Source of the DNA: Azolla caroliniana
Lineage: Eukaryota > Plantae > Polypodiophyta
Length of the DNA stretch: 9,582 bases
Reading direction: 5' to 3'
Assembly (NCBI GenBank): GCA_043228905.1
Contig: JBHGNT010001349.1
Coordinates: 1-9,582 of the forward strand
The position numbers were made by a program, and so were the translations under genes. Under the pieces are notes generated by a model. The model was given only the letters and a program-made list of their open reading frames with translations, was not told where the DNA came from and did no database searches. The first letter of the stretch is position 1; each line of letters begins with the position of its first letter. Below, in pieces: positions 1 through 8,561 of this stretch.

Positions 1-174
1 TTTATTTCCTTTAAAGCTGCTAAGATTTCTACAAACTTGGGTTTTCTTGAGCTATTCAAGGATTCTAAGCGTAAATTTCCAATCAAATTCTCTCATTGTA
101 AGTAAGACTAACTTTTGACAAACTTTTAACATTTTCCTTCACAATATGCTATTAAGTCTTCGTGAACCATCACT

Positions 175-212
175 CAAAATCAATTCAAATCAAATCAACA
201 AATCAAATCAAC
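175..212 (+). repeat. Degenerate (AAATC)n pentanucleotide repeat in intron 8
   Basis: caaaatcaattcaaatcaaatcaacaaatcaaatcaac. Confidence 0.6.
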
Positions 213-255
213 ATTTATTTTTCTCCTCTATTTAAATATGAAATTCTATTCATAC

Positions 256-613
256 CATTGCATTATGTACAGTTGAATTGACCACCACTGCAGCAGCAAT
301 GACATTATCTGAGAATACTGCATAATGATAGAGGCTAGGATCCTCCAGCTTCTCCGGATTTGGGAATCGTTGCTGATTGTCAGGTAGTGAGTAAAACTCA
401 GAGGTAAGCAGCATGGATAAACAATGAATACCTTTGGGCAATGTCTTTGCTACAAGCTGCCTAAGAACTGTACTCTGCTTATTTAATGAAAGAGATTGAT
501 CCTCTGAAGATTGCAACATGGCCCTCAATTTTTTGGTGATATCTTTACAGTCATATAGATTCGTCCTTGCCTTTGATAGAGTCTGACCCATGTTCTTGAT
601 CTTCTCAGAGGCA
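256..613 (-). CDS. GAUT1: GAUT coding exon 8 (start of the GT8 domain)
   Basis: Acceptor CTACAG| and donor ATG|GTATGA. Encodes (S)ASEKIKNMGQTL...LYHYAVFSDNVIAAAVVVNSTVHNAM. Corresponds to ORF 250..624. Confidence 0.95.
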
Positions 614-3600
614 CTGTAGAGCACATCAACTTTAATCAGAAACCTTTAAACTTCTCAAGCAGTGAAAGAATGTAGGGTATCTAGTTTGAGCGGTCATAAC
701 TTCTTTCTGTGCACTTTCATGATTGCCCTCCCTCAATGTTCCTGAAACATGTGCATTCGTGGAAGAGAGAAAGCCACAAGACAGAACGATTGTGGTAATG
801 AACTACATTAAAGATGAGGTTCAAAGGTCAAGAATCAAGTTTATAACAATGGGTCGATGGTACACTCATTGACAAAAGCTTAAGATCATCACACTCGGTT
901 AACTACTCTTCTGTCTTAAAAACTGGGCCTTACACTTTCACTTTCAACAATCCAAGTGTTGAAATGCAAAGCTAACAAAGACAATGGAGAAGTAAATCAC
1001 TAAACCCTGTCCAATGATATTGGTGAAATCCTTCTCTATGGATGCATAGAAAAGTTGAGGTAATAGGACATGAGAACAAAAAAGAAATATTGTGTTCTGA
1101 ACCAGTGCAATTCTTCAAAAGCATGAATAAATATGAGCTCCTCTCCCAACTAAGAAAAAGAAATGCAACAATCAACAAGGTCAACACCAAAAGCATGAGT
1201 AAATATGAGCTCCTCTCCCAACTAAGAAAAAGCGTTGCATCCACACTTATTTTATTAGCTTGTGCTTGAATCCATTTAGATTCTAATGTATGACCAAATT
1301 GGAATGTTCTGAAAACCCACGTATCTTAGCTTATCCCAATACAGATTTATATCTGTGATGAAACGAATAATTCTGTTATAGTCCATCCCAATATGCGAGA
1401 TTTATATTTTCCATTATCAAAATGGATCCAACTATGCTCGACAGTGTGGCTTGGAAACTTGAGGTATTTGGTTACAATGGTAAAGCATGCAGAAGGAACA
1501 AACTAAGACCTAAATAGATATGTAATTATCTTTTCTGCCTTCCACAAGAAGTGATAGTCAAAGAGCTGAAGCAAACTCAAAAACAACATTGAGATAGAAT
1601 CTGAATCTGGCACCCCATGAGGGGAAGGGAACATGATACTCACCAACAAGACACAATTAGAGAAAAATTATTCTTAATATAAACAAGCAGAGATAGAAGA
1701 TCAAACAGTATATTGAACAAATGTAGGTGTTGATATGACATTTAATGGGAATCTTCAGCTCCCTCAAATACTAGATTGACTTATATCAGCGTTCAAACAT
1801 CAAAACCTTATCCATCATATAAGAGAACTATCGGTTCTGGTCCTAACGCTCAAATGGACGACAAAGGAACAACCATATTGAAGGGATGATCAACTAACAA
1901 AATTGGTGCAAATTTGGAAGAATTTAAATAAAAACAGATTTGTTGGACCTAAAAATCAGAATTATGGAAACAGGATTGGTACAAATAAATGAGCTCCTTG
2001 AAACACTCAACATAATTTTGATCAAAGAAAATTGATACAACACACAAGAATGCAAAATCAGACTACTGTTTCTTGGAAAAATACCTGCGAGATAGATCAG
2101 CATCTACAGTTGCACCTTCCAGAACATGGCGGCATTCCTTGATACGTGAATTCAGTTCATTCTGAAGATCGGTCATTTTGCGTGCATGTGCAATGCTTGC
2201 ATATACTCTCGCCATGATTAATTGATCCTTTACAAGTCTGATGAGAGTGTCAGCCTCTAAGTCTCTTTCCTGACGCCAAATGCTATATTTGTTCAAAACA
2301 TTATCATCTATATCTTTTCTTCTTTGGGAGAAATTTGCTATTGCTTCACTTTCATTTACTTGCATGAGCTTCGAAACCCTCTCCACTTTTCTCCGGTCTC
2401 TCATTTGCTGAAATTTTCAATACAGCATATATAGCAATAAGTTCACATATGGATAACATGCATGGATAAGTAAAACCAAACACACATTGTTAAAACGATA
2501 CATACTTGTCTTGCTATTTGTGCAGATGCAGCTTCATCATCTGTAGGGACAATAAACCTTATTAAATGCATATAAATGTTTTTCACAATAACTAGGAGTT
2601 TGGAAGAGCCTTACTGGTTGAATTTAGTTCCAAACTCGAAGGTAATGTAGCTTCTCTCAACTTTTCCATTGTTTCAGGCAGACTATGGTCCTTTTCTTCA
2701 TTTTGTGCACTAGCTGATTGTTCCTTTCAAGCTCAAAACCTTAAATTAGTCCAAATAATTCTTATATGGGATTGATCTATACCAAATAATCATGGCCAAC
2801 TAATCATACCACAGGTTCAGTTAAATTAGCTTCATTGATGACTCTTTTCCCCAATGGTTTTTCCACCACCCAAGATGATGAAAGGTCTGTTCTTCCGATC
2901 ACATTCAAACTCAGCGGACCAGTATCATCGTCTATATTTGATCTAATGACATCAAGAACCTAAATATCGAGAACAATCAAATAGCAATTCAAATGTATGA
3001 TCATACACAGACTTCAGAACTCCAACAATTTTCTTTTGCTTTTACCTCCTTCGTAAATAACCTTTCGATTTTCTGCAAGGCATGGAACCTAGCATCATCT
3101 ACAAACTACAGATAAAAAATTCAGAAAGATTAGCTTCTTCACCAATGGAACATTCTCTGGTGGAACTTTTTTTAAGTTCATTTTTTCCATGAGCTTTGGA
3201 TTCAAAAACTCAATTGCTTACAGAATCGCTGGTCCCATCAGAAATTTCTCCACTACCTGCAAGGAGTGATGGAACAGGAGGTACTAATCGTCAGATTATA
3301 TACGAGCCTCAAAAGCAGAGGAATAGTGATGATATGGGACACACGACACATTCAATCAAAGAAAAGGCTGGCTCATAACCAGAGAAAGTCTCAAGAACTA
3401 GCAAATCAGTGGTGAAGCTAATAAATCACATCAGCTTGCATAAAAAACAAAACACGGATCACCCAGCTTGTATGCGTCAACTATTGAACTTAAATCCGCT
3501 TGAGAGGAAAATTGGATCAAGTTTTCTGCCAACAACAAAGAGAGAGAGAGAGGTGTTAAGTTAGGGAGAGATATACCCAAAGAGATGAAGTTGCCAAGCC

Positions 3601-3715
3601 GAACACCCAAGAAGATAAGAGGAGCCACCACCGATATTAGAAGCAACGCAATGACTGGAATCCGAAACTTGGCAGATCGAGATCTCGGGTTCATGCCCCC
3701 CCTTCTTGGCGGCAT
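256..3715 (-). CDS. GAUT1: Galacturonosyltransferase, GT8 family (GAUT1/GAUT3-like), 5' part. Spliced CDS join(3715..3577,3256..3222,3105..3046,2959..2810,2723..2615,2540..2506,2407..2085,613..256); 3'-partial
   Basis: Eight exons with GT-AG introns and compatible phases give 1209 nt / 403 aa without a stop. Motifs recalled from Arabidopsis GAUT1-type proteins are present: KYSIWR, DQLIMARVY, LYDCKxxTKKLRAMLQ, AKTLPKGIHCLSM, LYHYAVFSDNVIAAAVVVNST. There is an N-terminal type II membrane anchor. The symbol means GAUT1-like; exact orthology needs a phylogeny. Confidence 0.93.
614..2084 (-). other. Long intron (1471 nt) between coding exons 7 and 8
   Basis: GT at 2084-2083 and AG at 615-614. Phase 2 join restores D-L-S-R-S-A-S-E-K, compared with GAUT1 DLPRSAHEK. 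Confidence 0.88.
1116..1232. repeat. 45-bp direct repeat, two copies, in intron 7
   Basis: 1116-1160 and 1188-1232 are 44/45 identical (CAAAAGCATGARTAAATATGAGCTCCTCTCCCAACTAAGAAAAAG), separated by 27 bp. Confidence 0.9.
2085..2407 (-). CDS. GAUT1: GAUT coding exon 7
   Basis: Acceptor TTTCAG| and donor CAG|GTATTT. Encodes QMRDRRK...KYSIWRQE...DQLIMARVY...ATVDADLSR, ending in phase 2. Corresponds to ORF 2063..2404. Confidence 0.93.
2506..2540 (-). CDS. GAUT1: GAUT coding exon 6 (35-nt micro-exon)
   Basis: Acceptor CTACAG| and donor CAA|GTATGT. Encodes (N)DEAASAQIARQ, phase 1 to phase 0. Confidence 0.8.
2615..2723 (-). CDS. GAUT1: GAUT coding exon 5 (variable stem region)
   Basis: Acceptor GAAAG| (the other nearby AGs I tested hit stops) and donor |GTAAGG. 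Encodes EQSASAQNEEKDHSLPETMEKLREATLPSSLELNST, ending in phase 1. Confidence 0.72.
2810..2959 (-). CDS. GAUT1: GAUT coding exon 4
   Basis: Acceptor TTTAG| and donor GTG|GTATGA. Encodes VLDVIRSNIDDDTGPLSLNVIGRTDLSSSWVVEKPLGKRVINEANLTEPV, matching the GAUT1 'LDVI...GPLSL...LSASW' block. Confidence 0.88.
3046..3105 (-). CDS. GAUT1: GAUT coding exon 3
   Basis: Acceptor CTGTAG| and donor GAG|GTAAAA. Encodes FVDDARFHALQKIERLFTKE, resembling the GAUT1 'LFSKE' segment. Confidence 0.82.
3222..3256 (-). CDS. GAUT1: GAUT coding exon 2 (35-nt micro-exon)
   Basis: Acceptor TTGCAG| and donor |GTAAGC. Encodes (G)SGEISDGTSDS and converts phase 1 to phase 0, as needed to join exons 1 and 3. Confidence 0.75.
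3577..3715 (-). CDS. GAUT1: GAUT coding exon 1 (start codon, basic cytosolic tail, transmembrane anchor)
   Basis: ATG at 3715-3713. Encodes MPPRRGGMNPRSRSAKFRIPVIALLLISVVAPLIFLGVRLGNFISL, with a hydrophobic segment at about 3661-3602. Donor TTGG|GTATAT at 3576, phase 1. Confidence 0.88.
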
Positions 3716-3748
3716 ATTTCCCAATTCAATTGTAATGCATCAAAGTAA

Positions 3749-3772
3749 AAGAAGAAGAAGAAGAAGAAGAAG
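3749..3772 (+). repeat. (AAG)8 microsatellite, read as (CTT)8 in the GAUT 5'UTR
   Basis: Read directly from the sequence. Confidence 0.9.
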
Positions 3773-3791
3773 ACAGGGATTGATAGGAAAA

Positions 3792-4575
3792 CTGCAATGT
3801 AAATGTCAACACAAATGTCAACCCTTATTCTTCTGTTTCTTTGCTCAATGAATTGGTTCTCCGATCGGTTCTATATTACACAAGGCTCTGCAGATCTAAT
3901 TATATCACAGTTGTGAAGAAACAGAGGAAAGTCTATTTTCTTCAGAAAAGGAAGGATTTTTTGTGTATTGTTCTCAAGAGATTGAAGGCGTAATTTGGGA
4001 GTCTTTATTCAAAATCATTCACATTCAGATTCAGATTGAGAGTGTCTTGTCCTGACATAATCCATCTACAATACAACAAAACTGACTTGCCATCCAATAA
4101 AGTATTAAGGCAATATGAAAACAATGAATGGAGATATCAAAAGACAGAGAGAGACAGGGAGGTCTTGCAGGGGATATGAGCAAAACAAAGGTTTCCTTGG
4201 TGACTCAGAAGATCATAAAAAATCTATGTATATGTATAAACAGAGACAGAGAGACAGAGAGACAGAGAGAAGCTTTCAGTTATGAGATCTTTAAAAGAAG
4301 GGGGAAAAAAAAAAAAAAGTGATGATGATGATGATCTTGCTAAGCGTTGACTGTACACACAACATAAATATATTCAAGGCTTTCTGTTGCCCCTCTTCTT
4401 CTTCATTCTTCGTCATTCTTCATTCTTCTTCTTCTACTACCTCCCTTCCAGTTCCTTCCTCTCCTCCTCCTTCTGCTTTGTTCTTGCTCAAAGAATGAGA
4501 GCTTTCTTGGTTATCTTTTCCAAGTAGAAAAGAAAAAGGAAACAAAGAAACCCATCTCAATAAAAGAATGAATAC
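3792..4575 (-). other. Putative 5'UTR intron of the GAUT gene
   Basis: Donor CACAG|GTATTC at 4575. Acceptor TTGACATTTACATTGCAG| at 3792, with branch-like TTGAC. An alternative acceptor CTGCAG lies at 3888. No transcript evidence available. Confidence 0.45.
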
Positions 4576-4614
4576 CTGTGGGTCCATGCTCATTCTAGGG
4601 CCCACCCTCCACAG

Positions 4615-4650
4615 ACACACACACACTCTCTCTCTCTCTTTCTATCTCTA

Positions 4651-4722
<72 letters not shown>
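4615..4722. repeat. Compound microsatellite (AC)6 / interrupted (TC)n ending in (TC)35
   Basis: Perfect (TC)35 at 4653-4722, which reads (GA)35 on the gene strand. Confidence 0.97.
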
Positions 4723-4724
<2 letters not shown>

Positions 4725-4850
4725 ATCCTCTTCTTCTACTCCTGCTCCAGCTCCTGTTGCTTCGATTTGCTGCTTTCTTTGCCTTCTGCTTCTGCTGCTT
4801 GGTGTTCTGATTTGTCCTGTTTCTCTTTCAAGCTTCCATGGATTGACTCT

Positions 4851-4866
4851 GTGTGTGTGTGTGTGT
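4851..4866. repeat. (GT)8 microsatellite
   Basis: Read directly from the sequence. Confidence 0.85.
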
Positions 4867-5001
4867 ATTTATAGACATTATGCACTGTTTTGTTTTTTGT
4901 TTTTTCCTGATAATGTACAAGCTTTACTTAACACTCAAAAAAAACAGAGGAATACCCCAAATTTCAAATACTCTTTCTTTCTTTCTTTCTCAATATCTCT
5001 A

Positions 5002-5005
<4 letters not shown>

Positions 5006-5073
<68 letters not shown>

Positions 5074-5094
5074 TGAGAGAGAGAGAGAGAGAGA
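5006..5094. repeat. Compound microsatellite (TG)33-(GA)10
   Basis: (TG)33 at 5006-5071 and (GA)10 at 5075-5094. Confidence 0.97.
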
Positions 5095-5324
5095 AGAGAC
5101 TCAAAACCATGTGATAAGAGAGACTCACTCAAATCCAATGATGGAGAATGAGAGAGACTCGGAACGAACGATACGTATTACAGAGAGGATGAATACGAGA
5201 GCTCCCTACAATAATCACATTTTGGATTTCGGTCTCATAGATCACAGTCGGCGGTCGGCCTCTTGTGGACATTACAAAAGATATCTATCTCACACGTCAG
5301 AGTCTGTTACTTCCCGTTACCAGC

Positions 5325-5447
5325 TAATTCTATTGAGGCATTAGCTTTTCACATTTGGAACGAAAAAGGAGTTGCTCGCATCTATGTGATGCAGCATAAT
5401 TATTAATTCTATTGTGGCTTTAAGCTTTCACATTTGGAATGAAAAAG
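5325..5447. repeat. Diverged 44-bp direct repeat, two copies
   Basis: 5325-5368 and 5404-5447 are 38/44 identical ungapped (TAATTCTATTG..GGC..TTA...TTTCACATTTGGAA.GAAAAAG), with a 35-bp spacer. Confidence 0.85.
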
Positions 5448-5544
5448 TCGCGTATAATTTCCAAGGGAAAATGTGGCTCCTTATGCCAGCCCGAAACCAC
5501 CCTTCACAAACATCTCACGATATTGGAATGATAAGTTGTCATGG

Positions 5545-5939
5545 TGTTAAGAGTCTATTACTAATCAATAGACCAAAATAAAGTAAAAAGAAGGAAAATA
5601 GATTGGATAGAAGAACCTGTTCCACCCGACCACCCCCGAGCTATGATCTAGACGTAGCCAACCTACCACCGACATCCCATACCGTCGGATATTAGGATGA
5701 TTAATACCTTGGAAGAGATAACACGATCATCAAGACGAAAGCCTAGCCCGCACCACCGATGTCTAAGATAGCAACCTTTCGACGTAATGTCCCTATGAGG
5801 GTAGCTAAGCCTCATATTTATACCTCTCCCTAGGCCCCTTGAATGCGTTCACATTAGTCCCTTTTTAACATTAGTGAACATACCCTTCACTTATGAAATA
5901 TTAGTGACCTACCCTCACCTATGTTACATGTACATAACA
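5545..5939 (-). repeat. 3' long terminal repeat (~395 bp)
   Basis: TGTTA...TAACA terminal inverted repeat directly after the PPT. TATAAATA at 5822-5815. Small internal tandem repeat at 5870-5895 / 5900-5923. The right boundary is firm; the left is inferred from the inverted repeat only. Confidence 0.7.
5815..5822 (-). promoter_or_regulatory. LTR TATA box
   Basis: GGTATAAATATG on the minus strand, about 120 bp into the LTR. Confidence 0.55.
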
Positions 5940-6323
5940 TACTCCCTGACTTCAAAAGATTGTACTCTTGCAATATAAAGTGCGGAAATTGTGCGTTAAG
6001 AGTATGCTCGTATTCCCATGTGGCATCATCAATAGGTTTATCCATCCATTTGATCTTGAATAACATAAAAGTTTAGTACGAGAATCAAGAATTCGTTCAG
6101 GAACATGAGGTTTGTAAGAAAAATCCTCTAATGTTACAAGATCTTGGATTGTGATGGTGTTATCAGAGCCTAAAAATGGTTTTAGATGACTGACATGAAA
6201 AACATGATGAATACCAACGTTATGAGGTAAGGCAAGGTCATAAGCAGATGACCCAACTCGCTTAAGGATTTCAAATGGGCCACAATATTGTGGGGCTAAC
6301 TTAGCACACTTGCCCATAGACAA
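5940..6323 (-). pseudogene. Gypsy pol C-terminal fragment: integrase GPF region plus chromodomain, frameshifted
   Basis: KLAPQYCGPFEILKRVGSSAYDLALP...IHHVFHVSHLKPF...PERILDSR. After a frameshift near 6065 the frame continues LFKIKWMDKPIDDATWEYEHTLNAQFPHF, carrying the chromodomain KW...ATWE...FP motif. Confidence 0.9.
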
Positions 6324-6461
6324 TATGCGTGTACTGTCTAATGTATCACAATGTGCTCATCCTCTTGTATGTTGATGACCTAGTAATCATAGGAGAACAT
6401 TTAGTTGCCATGAAGAAAATGAAGGGTCTACTTCCTAGAGCATTTCAAAATGAAGGATATA
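6320..6461 (+). mobile_element. Ty1/copia reverse transcriptase fragment (pseudogene)
   Basis: The frame from 6320 reads TICVYCLMYHNVLILLYVDDLVIIGEHLVAMKKMKGLLPRAFQ, then after one extra A (6449) MKDI. The copia RT motifs CVY, LLYVDDL (YVDD at 6368-6379) and F.MKD are in the expected order and spacing. Confidence 0.85.
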
Positions 6462-8189
6462 TATGAGGCACCATGATTAGCAAAATGTAGTTGAGTGTGT
6501 TTTTATTAAGCCTAAAGCTGGAGTATAAGGGCACAATTTACAACAATGGTTGATGAATCCTTAAAGATTTCGACATCCAAACCAATTACACGAGAACCTT
6601 ATTTCAATAACCTTTGCAACATATTATTGGCTCGGAAGTCAATGTGCCATGGATATATGAAGAAAATTGAAGTTCCATTAGCACTATATCGAAGACTGAA
6701 TTGTGATCAAAAGTGTTGATTATTAGTTTTTTATTAGAATACTCATATTGTACTAATCATCCCCTCTTGTCTCAAGAAAAGTCTTTATCTTTTGTATATT
6801 CTCTCTCATTCATTCACTCTCATATACATATATTTAATTTATTCTAGTGCATAAAAGTATACCATTTACTTCTTCACACATTTATGTATGCTAGAACATC
6901 TAGATTCTAGAGCTAATATTTGAGGGAATTACAAGTCTTGATATATGGAATGTAAATATCTAGATAGATCTTGGAGATGATGTTTTTAATCTAGAGTGTT
7001 CATAAGTTATTAGTGAGATTGGTGTTTGAAATGTTAGCTTTCATTAAAACTTGGGCAAGTTAGTCATTAGAGATTGTTTATTTGTCGGGACAATCGGAAA
7101 AGGTGTGCTTTTTGGATTGTCTAGTTATGGTTAGAGGCAACATATGAGAGAAAACTACAAAGCTTCCATTTTGGGGTATAAAATTCCATTTTGGGCTAAA
7201 TAGAATTTGAGATAGTCAATTGGATGATGAGGTGTCCATTGGATCATCTTGAACATGTATTGTGCATACACACAATTCCTAGATTTGAGAGCTTTACATG
7301 TATGATATCAACTTCCATGAAAGATCTTAGGGTTTATGTTTAATACCTTTCACATATATCGTGACTAATGAAGCCATTAAAAAAACACTAAAAAGCATGT
7401 GTTAGACCAAGGGAAGGAGAACACAATAGACTAACCTTAAAGCTTTAAGTCTAATGGTCACTCCAATGTGAAACAGTACAACCTTTTTGTAAAAGAGCCA
7501 CAAAAGTCACTTTTGTGCCATTTCTTAGCTCTTCTTCAAAAAATTGGAGTTTTCTTCCCTTGTAATGTAAGTCATTTGGTTAACGTTCCCGATCTCAACC
7601 CATTGAAATTTATTAACAAATTTTACTCCATAAGTAAAATTGTAAAATTATAAAGTTATTACATTGGGTTTGATTTATCAAATAAAGAAATTGGCGTCAT
7701 GTAATCATAGAAACAAATAGAAATAACAATAAATGGACATGGCATCCATATAAAAAAAAGTCTAAAGACATTTTATGGTTAATTGAAATGTTCTACCACG
7801 AAGATTGTGATAAAAGTAAAAAGTTGTGGGGAACGCAATTCAAAATGTTCTAAATTATCTATATGCTTCGTTAGAGCATTCAACTTTGGTTATTCATGAG
7901 AACATTCAAGTTTGAATGTACACCAGAACATTCAATGCTAGTCCCTTAGATACTACTCGTGTTACGTCCTTCGTATCAATGAACAATTGGCAAGTGTTTC
8001 TAAGTACAAATTATTATCATGTCTCATAAGAATGTACCTTACAAGATGTTTCTATTTGACTTATAATGCACTTACAAATGTAAAGCAAAGTGAAAGGGAA
8101 AATGAAATTATTAGTTGTTGTGTGTGCATGATCTTGAATGCATAATAATAAGATAGAGATAGGTTCATCTCAACAAGTGAGACTTTCTC

Positions 8190-8561
8190 TCCTTTTCCAA
8201 TTACAATAATGCAATGATCAATCTTTCAAAGTGGGGAGTATGTTATGTGCACATTCCACAAGCAATTACCTTAATTCATGGTAAATAATAGGGTTGGAGG
8301 CAAGCATATTAACTTTTTATTGATTTATTGTGAAGGATGCCTTTTTTCCGTTATACATAACTATGACATGGATTTTTGTTTTTTTTTCCCCAAAACAAAT
8401 CTGCTTCCCTAGTTAGGTGAACCACGTATATAAATCAGGCTATGTACACTCTAGGTATCTATAGATACACTACTATTTACATGTTGTTTCCATATATATT
8501 GGGTTATCGTTGTATGACACCTTAGATAAAAAAAGGTGGGGCAATCGCTATCCTCATAACA
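8190..8561 (+). mobile_element. Second, more degraded chromovirus-like 3' end (PPT plus putative LTR 8241-8561)
   Basis: 8219-8248 matches the pol/PPT/LTR junction at 5962-5932 (minus) at 27/31 nt. PPT AAAGTGGGGAGTA is followed by TGTTATG at 8241, and the reverse complement CATAACA occurs at 8555-8561. TATATAAA at 8427-8434. Confidence 0.55.

Larger units (their letters stand above)
5545..6323 (-). mobile_element. 5'-truncated Ty3/gypsy chromovirus remnant (integrase C-terminus, chromodomain, PPT, 3' LTR)
   Basis: Coding remnant at 6323-5952, then purine-rich AGTCAGGGAGTA, then an LTR starting TGTTA at 5939 and ending TAACA at 5545. Confidence 0.85.

Noticed and set aside
1-255. Possible next GAUT exon (expected to begin around xPxKHVFH)
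   Set aside because: No such coding sequence is seen on the minus strand. The region is intronic and the exon must lie outside the window.
1116-1232. Repeat-spacer-repeat pattern resembling a CRISPR array (also at 5325-5447)
   Set aside because: Only two copies each, no cas genes, and the context is a plant intron or intergenic region.
972-1269. ORFs 972..1244 (-) and 1042..1269 (+)
   Set aside because: Inside intron 7. Their repeated peptides merely reflect the 45-bp duplication, and exons 7 and 8 join seamlessly without them.
3431-3724. ORF track limits for exon 1 (start at 3724, read-through to 3431)
   Set aside because: 3724 is a TTG, and the first in-frame ATG is at 3715. Sequence past 3577 is intron 1.
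3196-3851. Plus-strand ORFs 3196..3378 and 3585..3851
   Set aside because: Antisense shadows of GAUT exons 1-2; the poly-Arg run comes from (AAG)8.
4128-5344. ORFs with poly-LS, CV, HT and ER tracts
   Set aside because: Artefacts of stop-free microsatellites, with no protein-like content.
6750-7010. Possible copia PPT/LTR (minus-strand AGAGGGGA-TGATTAG near 6760; TCTAGA-rich tract 6890-7000)
   Set aside because: Looks TE-derived, but I could not define matching termini or a second copy.
7468-7653. 61-aa ORF
   Set aside because: Short, AT-rich, non-ATG start, no recognisable motif.
7870-7940. Three (GA)RCATTCAA-like motifs
   Set aside because: Too short to support a call; probably decayed LTR sequence.
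8455-8468. 14-bp perfect palindrome GTATCTATAGATAC
   Set aside because: Isolated and inside a putative LTR, with no further support for function.
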